Virus record (IMG/VR): IMGVR_UViG_3300044995_000220
Strand: one strand, 5' to 3'
Source: a virus
Length of the DNA stretch: 34,458 nt
In this document: in pieces, positions 17,898 through 27,072 of the stretch
How positions within the stretch are numbered: the stretch's first letter is position 1
Layout of the letters: each line of letters opens with the position of its first letter
The notes under the pieces: model-generated
The model's input: the letters and a program-made list of their open reading frames with translations, nothing else
Database searches by the model: none
What the model was told of the DNA's origin: nothing
Translations under genes and position numbers: made by a program

Positions 17898-19394
17898 ATG
17901 GTCTGGAGTCGTTACCAAGAAGATATTTTTCGCTTCGGCGAAAAAGAGCGTGGTCACCTCGTAGTCATCGCACGCGCCGGATGCGGTAAAACAACTACAA
18001 TCAAAGAACTATGCCGACGCTTGTCGCGTTCACGCATCCTCGTTTGCGCATTCAATAACAAAATCCGTGACGAACTATCGCAAAAGCTACAAAACTTGCG
18101 CCACGTACAAGTCAAAGGTCTGAATCAAATTGGCTTTGGCGCAATGATACGTTTTCGGGGACAAAAACTAAAAGTCGATCGCTACAGGATACGCGACTTC
18201 GTCCGACGATTGATCCCAGATGAATACAAAGAAGCACGCAGTGACGTAATAAAACTCGTCACAATGTGCATGGCAAATCTTGCAGTAGATGCCGAAAGCA
18301 TCATGCAAACTATGTATTACTATGACCTGCGCCCAGTAGATCCAAAACAAGAAGATCTGTATCGCAAGTGGACAGAAGCAACGCTAGCTTTTTCAGAACG
18401 TCCGTCACTGACGATCAGCTTCGACGAACAAGTCTATCTGCCCGCACGATTCAATCTCACTACTGGCTCATACGACATCGTTATCGTCGACGAAGCGCAA
18501 GATCTCAACGCATGCCAATATCGCATCGTTATGAACGCCGTAAAGCCCGCGACCGGACGGATATTTGCTGTCGGCGATGATCGTCAAGCGATCTACGCTT
18601 TCCGAGGCGCAGACGCAAACGCGCTGGCAAAATTTCAAGCGGACCTCAACGCTACCGTGCTGCCACTATCGGTAACGTACCGATGCCCTCGTGCAGTCGT
18701 CAACCTCGCACGGCGCATCGTGAACGACTTCGAAGCAGCACCCAACGCAATCGAAGGTACTGTAGCATGTGTATCTGAAAAAGAATTCCTAACAAAAGTT
18801 ACTGAAGGCGACGCAGTAATCAGTCGTACCAACGCAGCACTTTCGAAATATTGCATGCTCTTATTAGGAAAAGGTCGCCGCGCCCGCATTATCGGACGCG
18901 ATCTTAACTCCAAACTCGATGCACTATTAGCCCGCACACGCACTAACAACGTGCGGGTCGCTCTCGAAGAGCTAAGTGAATACGTAGCCGAAGAATCTGA
19001 CCGCTTGATCGCAGCGGGCAAAGACGACAAAGCTGAAGAACTAAAAGACAATTTAGAAGCGCTACGAGCTATCAGTGAAGACACTAACAGCGTCGAAACA
19101 CTACGTCGTAAAGTTGCAGAACTATTTGATGACGACGAAAGCGTCGCTGACAAAGGGATTATTCCCTTCATGACAGTCCACAAAGCAAAAGGCCTTGAAT
19201 TCGAACGCGTGTGGATGTTTGAATCCACATTCCGTGTGGACTCTACCGAAGGTGAAAATCTATATTATGTAGCCGTAACACGCGCACAACGAGAACTATA
19301 TCTCGTACAAATTCCGCGTTCAGACGGCGTAGTTCCAAAGAGCATCGCGTTAGAGCAACTCAAAGCGTTCGAAAAAGACGCAGTGATAAAGTAA
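17898..19394 (+). CDS. UvrD/Rep-like SF1 DNA helicase (498 aa)
   Basis: ARAGCGKTT, AFN, VDEAQD, VGDDRQAIYAFRGA, YRCP, SRTN, TVHKAKGLEF, YVAVTRA. Confidence 0.93.
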   Translation: MVWSRYQEDIFRFGEKERGHLVVIARAGCGKTTTIKELCRRLSRSRILVCAFNNKIRDELSQKLQNLRHVQVKGLNQIGFGAMIRFRGQKLKVDRYRIRDFVRRLIPDEYKEARSDVIKLVTMCMANLAVDAESIMQTMYYYDLRPVDPKQEDLYRKWTEATLAFSERPSLTISFDEQVYLPARFNLTTGSYDIVIVDEAQDLNACQYRIVMNAVKPATGRIFAVGDDRQAIYAFRGADANALAKFQADLNATVLPLSVTYRCPRAVVNLARRIVNDFEAAPNAIEGTVACVSEKEFLTKVTEGDAVISRTNAALSKYCMLLLGKGRRARIIGRDLNSKLDALLARTRTNNVRVALEELSEYVAEESDRLIAAGKDDKAEELKDNLEALRAISEDTNSVETLRRKVAELFDDDESVADKGIIPFMTVHKAKGLEFERVWMFESTFRVDSTEGENLYYVAVTRAQRELYLVQIPRSDGVVPKSIALEQLKAFEKDAVIK

Positions 19395-19413
19395 AAACGA
19401 ATTGAGGTAAAAG
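19387..19413 (+). promoter_or_regulatory. Putative phage promoter TAAA-N15-GGTAAAAG (copy 2)
   Basis: Exact motif and spacing. Confidence 0.6.
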
Positions 19414-19435
19414 GGGGAGGATACTGTTGTCTGTG

Positions 19436-19496
19436 CTCCTCCCTTGTTCCCTGTGATTGCCCCAGCGATCGCAGAGAACAAGGGAGGAGTTTTTTT
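19436..19496 (+). terminator. Intrinsic terminator
   Basis: ctcctcccttgttc...gaacaagggaggag long stem followed by T7. Confidence 0.8.
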
Positions 19497-19510
19497 GTGA
19501 GGAAGTTATC

Positions 19511-19891
19511 ATGTTGTTGCCGAAAACTACTGACACATACGCCAGTCTCAAACGAGACGGTCGTCCAATCATGTTGTTCGGGGGGTTTGCGATACCTAAG
19601 AAACAAAACGCGATAGAACGTCGCACAGGGCTAAAGTTCGAATGGATTTCTAATGAAAGAAATGGCTCAGGCGACGTCGAATGCGCAAATGCATGCCGAC
19701 AGCTGCGTAACGGTCGCTATGTAGCCATGATCATTCTCAACGAACTGGTTTCACATGCTCAAAGTGAGCAACTCGTATTAGCAGCGAGGGCAAGCAACAC
19801 ACTGTACGCCATCGGCAAAAAAGCCGGCACCGGCGCACTGATCGCTGCACTCGACTTGTTTGAACGACAACTCAAAAAATTCGCAGCCTGA
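19511..19891 (+). CDS. DUF2325-like small alpha/beta protein (126 aa)
   Basis: IMLFGG...VAMIILNELVSH...AARASN...GTGALIAAL resembles the DUF2325 pattern; ATG 19511 with GAGG upstream. Confidence 0.5.
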   Translation: MLLPKTTDTYASLKRDGRPIMLFGGFAIPKKQNAIERRTGLKFEWISNERNGSGDVECANACRQLRNGRYVAMIILNELVSHAQSEQLVLAARASNTLYAIGKKAGTGALIAALDLFERQLKKFAA

Positions 19892-19931
19892 GTTCCATAT
19901 TCATTTCAACTCTAACCCCTAATAGGTAACC

Positions 19932-20489
19932 ATGGCTAAGATCAAACTCGGATTCGACCCACGAATTGTACGAAAACTCGTAAACCGTGAAAGGTGGATA
20001 TTGGACGAGCCAGGACAAGAACGCCGCTCGATAACCCTAGGCTCTGTTACAACCCTTACACCGAGCGGCAAATGTTACGCACCATTTGCGTGCGACAACC
20101 TCAGCATCTGCCCTAACTGCAAGGGCACAGGTAAAGTGCGTTGTCGCATAAAACGACGTGTACGCATAAAATGGGAGAATCGTAGCCGGCGACAACGCCA
20201 ACGATGGATCTCTCAATATGGTCCAGCACTCAACTGGCCCTCGCACATCCGCGCAGCATCAGAGCGTCTCAACGCACTTGTCACGCGCGGAGATGGAAGG
20301 TGTCCGCGTTGTATGGGACTAGGCTCCCATGAAGCGTGGGATGACGAAAAATGGTACAAATCAGCAGAAACCGCGCTCAACGCTGTAGGCCTGACTTTAG
20401 AGCCAAGCGAAGGTGACGGGACATATCTGCTTGCCGTTGAGTACCGTGACGTTGACGACAACAACGACAACGAGGAATCATTGCCATGA
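19932..20489 (+). CDS. Protein with DnaJ-type CxxCxGxG zinc-finger repeats (185 aa)
   Basis: CPNCKGTG and CPRCMGLG. Confidence 0.7.
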   Translation: MAKIKLGFDPRIVRKLVNRERWILDEPGQERRSITLGSVTTLTPSGKCYAPFACDNLSICPNCKGTGKVRCRIKRRVRIKWENRSRRQRQRWISQYGPALNWPSHIRAASERLNALVTRGDGRCPRCMGLGSHEAWDDEKWYKSAETALNAVGLTLEPSEGDGTYLLAVEYRDVDDNNDNEESLP

Positions 20490-21496
20490 GCAAACTCAAC
20501 AGCGCGATCGCCAACGATTATGTTTTAGGGAAACCACTCAATACGCGCTTACTCTCAAAACTCTCTGACCGAGCGCGCTTCTCATATGACGAATACGGCG
20601 TACTCTGGTCATACGAAGTTATACAACTTGCCCGCTGGTTACCAAACGGCATACTGCTCGTCAACGCAGACGAAGGTCCGTCGAAGACAACCAGAGAACA
20701 ACAGAAAGAACTCCGTGAAGCAATCAAGCAACACGGACTGTCAAAAGTCGCGTACATCCCCTACTCAGCACTACGTGCAGCAGGACTCATTCCAGACGAC
20801 GTCATACTCGTAGACGTCACTCCAGATCGTGAAATTGAAACGCTTATTCCCTGTCGAAACAAAAAGTGTGCTCAAGCCGGCACCCCACATAAACACCTGC
20901 AAAAAAAGCATTTCCTTGGCGAAACGCTGTTTCGCATAAAACGAGAGACGTGGGACAACACTAAAAACAAATACTTTACAAGCTACGTCTATTATGTATC
21001 CGGACTGGACCGGAACGACGACCCTGAACGTCGCAATTTCTTCCTAGTGCAACTGCCAAGCGCTCGCCCTGATCCCACAACCGTCGACGAGGCACTCGCA
21101 TTATTGCGTCCAAAAGATGTGCCTAAGGATGCCCTGCGACAGGGCGAATGGTTTCTAATTTCAATGCCCGAGAAGAAATTCAAACCAGATCAAATCATAA
21201 AAAATTGGCAAGACATTTCAAAAAGCAACATTAAAGAATACAAAAAGGGAGTTCCGATATTATCGGACAACGCTAAAATACAGTTTGAGTACATGCAAGG
21301 GGTAGACGGATTAATATACCGTCGGCACAACCGACATCGCGCAACGAGAATGGTGTGCGACGATGGTGTATACGTTAGTGGAATGCTATATGACGCCGAT
21401 CACAGCACGCTCAAACTTGGCAACGGTAAAACCTGGTTCAAAGTAGTAAAAAACCGTGCAGTCAATAGCTGGCGTGCAGGCGGCAACGTAGACTGA
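20486..21496 (+). CDS. Hypothetical phage protein (336 aa) with RQGE motif and His-containing C-terminal beta domain
   Basis: ATGA-coupled long ORF; ALRQGEWF...H...DH. Confidence 0.7.
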   Translation: MSKLNSAIANDYVLGKPLNTRLLSKLSDRARFSYDEYGVLWSYEVIQLARWLPNGILLVNADEGPSKTTREQQKELREAIKQHGLSKVAYIPYSALRAAGLIPDDVILVDVTPDREIETLIPCRNKKCAQAGTPHKHLQKKHFLGETLFRIKRETWDNTKNKYFTSYVYYVSGLDRNDDPERRNFFLVQLPSARPDPTTVDEALALLRPKDVPKDALRQGEWFLISMPEKKFKPDQIIKNWQDISKSNIKEYKKGVPILSDNAKIQFEYMQGVDGLIYRRHNRHRATRMVCDDGVYVSGMLYDADHSTLKLGNGKTWFKVVKNRAVNSWRAGGNVD

Positions 21497-21524
21497 TCTT
21501 TAATTCAACGACGTAAAGAACCCT

Positions 21525-21565
21525 TGGCCATACCGGAAGTCCTCATTAGACTTCCGGTATGGCCA
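21525..21565 (+). promoter_or_regulatory. Perfect 17-bp inverted repeat covering a TAGACT hexamer and the start codon of the next gene
   Basis: tggccataccggaagtc-ctcatta-gacttccggtATGgcca. Confidence 0.65.
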
Positions 21566-21930
21566 CCAAGCTTTATTACATTGACGGACGTAACGGCATC
21601 AAAGAATTCACCGTAAGCGACGAAGACGCTGAAAAAGAAGCGCTTGTTTTGCCAGGGTTGCTCGTCAACCCTGTTTCACGGCGTAATCTTTACACCTCCC
21701 TTGAGGATGCTTGCGCTGCAAGATGCGCTGCCATTGATGCACATATTGCAGCACTTCAAGCACAAATTGATGAACTGACCGCTGAACGAGCAAAATACAT
21801 GAACAATGAAATCGAAGTGCAAGCGGTCGCTCCGACAACTACTGAACGACGCCCTGTAAATCAAGAACAAGTTGCCGCTGCACTCACTAGACGCTCAGAC
21901 ACACAAAGACAAGAGCACAACACTAAATAA
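21559..21930 (+). CDS. Hypothetical coiled-coil protein (123 aa)
   Basis: Heptad stretch IDAHIAALQAQIDELTAER. Confidence 0.7.
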   Translation: MATKLYYIDGRNGIKEFTVSDEDAEKEALVLPGLLVNPVSRRNLYTSLEDACAARCAAIDAHIAALQAQIDELTAERAKYMNNEIEVQAVAPTTTERRPVNQEQVAAALTRRSDTQRQEHNTK

Positions 21931-21973
21931 TCTACGTTTAGACGCAGTCTCTGACGTATGTTATTTTTGAGTA

Positions 21974-22339
21974 ATGCGAAACCATTACTTTAACAACGAC
22001 GAGCTACTTAAACTCGAAGCTCACGACGACGAAATTGTACGCAAACTTGTTGACCTTGTGCGCAGCCTCGCAAGTGAGCGTCTATTAGATTACATGCGTT
22101 ACCTTGGCGTAAAGTACCTTCAAACTGAAAATGCGCCAGGACTAGATTACGCCCTTTGGTATGCCATTATAAACGGCCCTGAAAGACTTACTGAAGAAGA
22201 AGTCGGCGAACTGCATCAGCTATCTGAAATGGCAGGCGGATGGTGGCGCCTCGACGGAGTACCTGAACCTGAGTTTCTTTCGTTCGAAGACTGGGAAGCA
22301 TTCTATAACGGACAGTTCTCATACAAGGAGCGACCATGA
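21974..22339 (+). CDS. Hypothetical protein (121 aa)
   Basis: ORF coupled to the HTH gene. Confidence 0.7.
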   Translation: MRNHYFNNDELLKLEAHDDEIVRKLVDLVRSLASERLLDYMRYLGVKYLQTENAPGLDYALWYAIINGPERLTEEEVGELHQLSEMAGGWWRLDGVPEPEFLSFEDWEAFYNGQFSYKERP

Positions 22340-22686
22340 ACAAACGCGCCGAACGGGAAGGGCTCCCCGACGACGCGAAAATGCGCCGCGTGGCGCTTGG
22401 TAAACTGTTACGAGAAGCACGACAACAACGAGAAAAAGTACTCAGCGAAGTAGCTAAAAGTGCAGGAGTATCAGTACCATATCTGAGTGATCTGGAACGT
22501 GGGAAACGCGCAATCAGTCCCAAACGCCTAGACAAGCTTGCAAAAGTACTTGAACTTGACTCCGACTCATACGTAAAGTTGTTCCAACTACGGGGACGAC
22601 TACCTCCTTATGATGAAGCATGGTTAGTACAACATCCTGAACACTGGCCTTCACGCCGTAAACAAAAAAAGACTTTACCTAGATAG
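22336..22686 (+). CDS. XRE-family helix-turn-helix regulator
   Basis: LGKLLREAR...LSEVAKSAGVSVPYLSDLERGKR...LDKLAKVL; AAGGAG SD. Confidence 0.9.
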   Translation: MNKRAEREGLPDDAKMRRVALGKLLREARQQREKVLSEVAKSAGVSVPYLSDLERGKRAISPKRLDKLAKVLELDSDSYVKLFQLRGRLPPYDEAWLVQHPEHWPSRRKQKKTLPR

Positions 22687-22712
22687 GTAAGTATGGCAGA
22701 GTTAACTCTGCC

Positions 22713-23108
22713 ATGCCACGATATGTCATACATGATTTAACAGGGCCCGACGCTCCGCATCACGAAGTCGATGTCAACGGCACCGACGGTGTGATACGGG
22801 GCACCGGGCCCCGTGTCTTTTTGGGGGACTGGCTACGGGTGGTGGTTGGACAACCACAACACCAATGCCTGTATCGAATCATCGAGCTCAATGCCTTCGG
22901 AGAAGGCTCGTGGAGCTGGGTAGCCATCGTCGAACGAGATGAACAATTTGAACCACGCAAACCTTTACCGCCGAGGAAAACACATGCTGTCGTTTCCGTT
23001 TCCTCTGACAAAAGTGTCCGTAGAAATACCCAAAAGGTTTCGCAGCTGGTTTTCAAATTCGGATACGATGACTGTGATCCTGAACGGGGAGACAGTCACA
23101 ATCAATGA
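22713..23108 (+). CDS. Hypothetical protein (131 aa)
   Basis: ORF fills the gap between neighbours. Confidence 0.55.
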   Translation: MPRYVIHDLTGPDAPHHEVDVNGTDGVIRGTGPRVFLGDWLRVVVGQPQHQCLYRIIELNAFGEGSWSWVAIVERDEQFEPRKPLPPRKTHAVVSVSSDKSVRRNTQKVSQLVFKFGYDDCDPERGDSHNQ

Positions 23109-23442
23109 GAAATCGTTTTATCAAGTGCGTCCCCTTGCAACAGGACAATACGCCGTTATCCGACCAAACAATCCTTCCGCACTTCGTGTCGTAGGCAAGT
23201 TCGACAAAGCATCCGTACGACACACTTTGAGCGAGCGCTTCGCACACGAAATCAATTTGATACGTACTGCCGTATACGGCGTCAAATTCCCTGCACCTGT
23301 TGCATACGTCCTTCGAGACTACGCCCTTGTCCATCCTGGAGAGTGCTTTGATAAGCACCCCGAACTCATCACACTGAAAGCTCTGTACTCAATCAAAGAC
23401 GAAGACTTGCGGTGTTGCGTCTGCAAAGAACCGTTTGTCTAA
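23068..23442 (+). CDS. Hypothetical protein with C-terminal HxxC...CxxC motif
   Basis: ATG 23068 preferred to reduce overlap; HPGEC...CCVC. Confidence 0.6.
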   Translation: MTVILNGETVTINEKSFYQVRPLATGQYAVIRPNNPSALRVVGKFDKASVRHTLSERFAHEINLIRTAVYGVKFPAPVAYVLRDYALVHPGECFDKHPELITLKALYSIKDEDLRCCVCKEPFV

Positions 23443-23469
23443 ACACCATTTCAAAGGATTCAACAAACC

Positions 23470-24324
23470 ATGAAAAGCATCACATACCCCACTATCAAAG
23501 CTCCTAACGGAGTGCGTTACTCAACCGCACCGAGCGTGTCCATGATCGCTGAAACACGCGTCAACGTTGAGGAAATAAAACCTTTTCTCAACGACTATGG
23601 TTTCGACGCTTACTACGAAGAATCAGTAGACGCGCTAGAACGAAGCTTAATCAGCGATGGAGGTTTGCTGTCAAAATTCTCCGGCCAGATCTGCTACCTC
23701 TCGCTAGGCCAACTACACACCCCGCACGCTGAAGCTGACAAATACTTCACGCGCATCATGACACAAGGTCATGGTTCCATTTTAGAACACGCAAACTACA
23801 CATTCTTAATATGGGGTGTCGATCGCGCCGTCACTCACGAGATTGTACGGCACCGCGCTGGCATGGCCTACTCACAAGTATCTCAACGCTACGTAGGCGA
23901 AGATAAGCTGCGCTTCTGTTTACCGTACGACATTCAGAACGATCCAGAACTTGTCCATGACGCCCTAGAGGACATGGCGTACGACCTATACCGCTATAGG
24001 CGCTGGATTGAAGCATACCAAACCAAGTACCCTCAGCTAGACGGAGAATCAAATACGGAGTGGCGAAAGCGACTCCTAAGTGCGGCGCGCCGTGTGCTGC
24101 CTAACTGGGTCGAAGCACCGATCGTGATCACAGGCAACGTTCGCGCATGGCGCCACGTGCTCTTCATGCGCTGCGCAAAATCCGCAGACGTAGCAATACG
24201 TCGCGCAATGGTGCCAGTGCTCAAGGTGCTTCAGAACACCGTGCCAGAACTGTTTGCAGACTTCTCATTTGAAACGCTGCAAGACGGAAGCACCAGCGCT
24301 ACGTCGAAGTACATCAAAGTCTAA
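23470..24324 (+). CDS. thyX: Flavin-dependent thymidylate synthase
   Basis: GHGSILEH, RAVTHEIVRHR-x7-SQVSQRY ThyX motif, AARRVLPN, TGNVRAWRH. Confidence 0.96.
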   Translation: MKSITYPTIKAPNGVRYSTAPSVSMIAETRVNVEEIKPFLNDYGFDAYYEESVDALERSLISDGGLLSKFSGQICYLSLGQLHTPHAEADKYFTRIMTQGHGSILEHANYTFLIWGVDRAVTHEIVRHRAGMAYSQVSQRYVGEDKLRFCLPYDIQNDPELVHDALEDMAYDLYRYRRWIEAYQTKYPQLDGESNTEWRKRLLSAARRVLPNWVEAPIVITGNVRAWRHVLFMRCAKSADVAIRRAMVPVLKVLQNTVPELFADFSFETLQDGSTSATSKYIKV

Positions 24325-24355
24325 CCAACAACTATGTACGCCGTAAAAAACACAC

Positions 24356-24988
24356 ATGAAGTGCGACAAGTGCGGCACAGAGTACAAATTAATTCGAGAT
24401 CAAGACGACAACCTAATTCGGCGTATCTGCCCATGTGAAGTAACCCAAACATGCCACCAATGCAAACGTGGCAAAGTCAATCATGCCCAACTCACATCTA
24501 CTGGGCATGTAGCAAACTACGCATGCGCCAAGCACGGATCGCCTGACGCAGTCGATTGGTTGCCACCAAACATCGATATACCATCCCCTAAGCGAAGTAC
24601 GAAGGAAGTACCCAAGAACGACGAACCAAAAACCGCACACTCTTCAGCCAAAAACAGTGAATCAAAAACAACACAACACACACCAAAAAATCCTCATGGC
24701 AAACTTCAATCCCCGTTGCCATTACGCGAAGCACACTGTGAAAAATGTCGTCGCGTACTACTAACGACGCTTTCGGCGTCGTACTGTCCTGGGTGCGGGA
24801 TGCCAATGGTCTATCGGCCAATTACAGGCACAGAAACTATTCCTGACACACCTGGAGGCACAGCAGAAATTGATGGCGTGTACTACGAAACAGGGCCATT
24901 TGGAACGGCCATCATTATCACCGGTATAGTAATGCGCGAAGAGCCGTATGAAGTCTGCGATGTTTACGTCGCAATGCCTCGCGCGTAA
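24356..24988 (+). CDS. Multi-CxxC zinc-ribbon protein (210 aa)
   Basis: CDKC, CPC, CHQC, CAKH, CEKC, CPGC. Confidence 0.65.
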   Translation: MKCDKCGTEYKLIRDQDDNLIRRICPCEVTQTCHQCKRGKVNHAQLTSTGHVANYACAKHGSPDAVDWLPPNIDIPSPKRSTKEVPKNDEPKTAHSSAKNSESKTTQHTPKNPHGKLQSPLPLREAHCEKCRRVLLTTLSASYCPGCGMPMVYRPITGTETIPDTPGGTAEIDGVYYETGPFGTAIIITGIVMREEPYEVCDVYVAMPRA

Positions 24989-25062
24989 AAATCGAAGCCT
25001 GTCGAAATATTCGACAAGTAATCGTGCGCTTCTACCTATTCAAAGGCTGGGTAAAAATCACA

Positions 25063-25755
25063 ATGCCAGTTCGCGACATCAGCAAAACCACCTATACAGC
25101 AACATACCCTGTTCCAGAAGATCTCGCATCCGGTCAACGCAAGCTTCGAGTACGCTGGGAAGTCAGCCTTTATAAACCAAGCGACAACGACCCTCAACCT
25201 GCGTACTTCAGAGTAAAAGGCGCAACGTGGATTCAAGGACAACACTGTCTAGAATCCGCTGGGTGTCTCCACGACTTACTCGTATCGCTCGCAACACGCG
25301 GACTGCTCAACGAACGCGACGCAATCGTACCATCACTACTGCGATGGCACATGTTCAATGTGAAGTATGGACCATCGCAATACATTGCCAACAGCCTTTT
25401 CTGGTACAAAAAGTACCTACGCCACATAAAAGTGCTCCCACCACCTGTCGATTGGTGGTGGGACTCAAAAGATGAACCTGAAGCCCTCGATCACTTCAAA
25501 TCAACAATCGTCTTTGGCGCGCTCGACAACGACACGCTTCCAGCAGTACCCGAAATGCCTCACGAGCCCGATAGTAACGACCCCTACAACGAACCAAAGG
25601 TTGTACGACAACGGCACCGAAACTGGGTTCGACAATGCGAAATAGCTGTGGATGCCGCCATCACTCCATGGCTAAAAGAACGTCTCCCCCGACTTATGCC
25701 AGTATTCGAAGCTGACATGGTTCGATGGTTCGGTCCAAAAATACTGGCTTCCTAG
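25063..25755 (+). CDS. Hypothetical phage protein
   Basis: SAGCLHD...LLRWH...GP motif; ATG 25063 chosen over GTG 25024. Confidence 0.65.
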   Translation: MPVRDISKTTYTATYPVPEDLASGQRKLRVRWEVSLYKPSDNDPQPAYFRVKGATWIQGQHCLESAGCLHDLLVSLATRGLLNERDAIVPSLLRWHMFNVKYGPSQYIANSLFWYKKYLRHIKVLPPPVDWWWDSKDEPEALDHFKSTIVFGALDNDTLPAVPEMPHEPDSNDPYNEPKVVRQRHRNWVRQCEIAVDAAITPWLKERLPRLMPVFEADMVRWFGPKILAS

Positions 25756-25799
25756 GGATATACTACTCAACCCATTCACCATAAGAAGTAAAACAAACC

Positions 25800-26351
25800 A
25801 TGATAATCAACTACGCTCAATTCGCCGGTAAATTCACGCATCTCACAGCTGATGAAGAGCGCTGGTTATTGCATGCGCTCCGTGACGTGTCAGTCCAACT
25901 AGCTGGCGACAAAAATGAAGAAACGATCAAAAAGCTGATCGCCGATGAACCCTGGCGAAATAAAAATGACCCCTACCTCGCCCCAAACTTCCAGTACTAC
26001 TTTGACTACGACGAAGAAAACAAGAACTGCCTACATATCTACTCTAAAGCCTACGGCAATCCCTGGGCAGCGGGTCAATTAGCACGCGCATTCTTAAAAA
26101 CGTTTCGACCAACAGCCATCTGGGCAATAAGTTGGTCTCCAACTATTGACAAATTGCGAAATGACGAATTCAGTGGCGGCGCTATCGTAGCTACAGCAAA
26201 AGAAATTCGCGCACTGAATATAGCCGGCTGGATCCAGCACATGATGAAATACTTTAATCGCACTGGTAAGCTGCCCCCAAAGCGAAAAGTAAAACACTAC
26301 AAACAAAATAAATTTAAAGGCCCAAACAAATCATACCGTGAAAACAAATAA
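25800..26351 (+). CDS. Hypothetical phage protein (183 aa)
   Basis: DEFSGGAIV motif; basic C-terminus; terminator follows. Confidence 0.7.
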   Translation: MIINYAQFAGKFTHLTADEERWLLHALRDVSVQLAGDKNEETIKKLIADEPWRNKNDPYLAPNFQYYFDYDEENKNCLHIYSKAYGNPWAAGQLARAFLKTFRPTAIWAISWSPTIDKLRNDEFSGGAIVATAKEIRALNIAGWIQHMMKYFNRTGKLPPKRKVKHYKQNKFKGPNKSYRENK

Positions 26352-26362
26352 AAAATAAACAC

Positions 26363-26414
26363 GAAACCTAAACTCTATGGGCATATGTGTCCATAGAGTT
26401 TAGGTTTCTTTTTT
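26363..26414. terminator. Intrinsic terminator between convergent genes, probably bidirectional
   Basis: gaaacctaaactctatgg...ccatagagtttaggtttc with T-tract after and A-rich tract before. Confidence 0.85.
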
Positions 26415-26435
26415 AGATATCACATAGTGCAAACA

Positions 26436-26741
26436 TCAACAAATCCAACGACGACGGCGACGGCGTAACCGTGATCGCGCACGCGCTGCTCGACTACAAG
26501 GATCTCCCCTATGTTCTTTAATTTTTACTTTCGGGCACCAACCCCCAGGACCTTGATGTGCCATAGGTATCTGCGTTGTGCCAGCTACCTTCATGACAGT
26601 ATTGCATGTCCCTAGAGCGCGCGCCTTCTTCAACGCAGCAACAATATCCGTAAACGGCGCAATATTTGGAATACGAACACCATTTGAGTCAACAATCACG
26701 TACTCCACTGTGGTGCAAGTGCCCGTACTCAACTTCTTCAT
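26436..26741 (-). CDS. Hypothetical protein with Arg-rich C-terminus (101 aa)
   Basis: AAGGAG SD; ends RLRRRRRRWIC. Confidence 0.65.
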   Translation of the reverse strand: MKKLSTGTCTTVEYVIVDSNGVRIPNIAPFTDIVAALKKARALGTCNTVMKVAGTTQIPMAHQGPGGWCPKVKIKEHRGDPCSRAARARSRLRRRRRRWIC

Positions 26742-27072
26742 GTTACGGTCTCCTTACGGACACATTACTCATACAAAGTAAACATGTAGAGACACACAAC
26801 TACTAATCATCCTCTTCTTCGCTGGTGCTATGAATGTTTCGTTTTAGGTACTGATCAACTAGTACACGATGCTTACTGTTTAGCGTTGCAAGAAAATGAC
26901 GAAACTTCCGAAACCATTTCGCATTCATGGTTTGATCAGGTTGTGAAAGCACTTCACTCAGATATTCAAGCTATTGGCATGGATCTACAGCGAGCAATGC
27001 AACGCTATGACAACAGGCAAACACAAACTTGAGTGTTGTCAGGATTGTTACGTTGCGCTACGCCTCACGTCC

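Noticed and set aside
26784-26789. Genome-wide TAG reassignment
   Set aside because: TAG closes several normal genes (for example 17184, 22686, 25755, 29009) and long genes are intact in the standard code.
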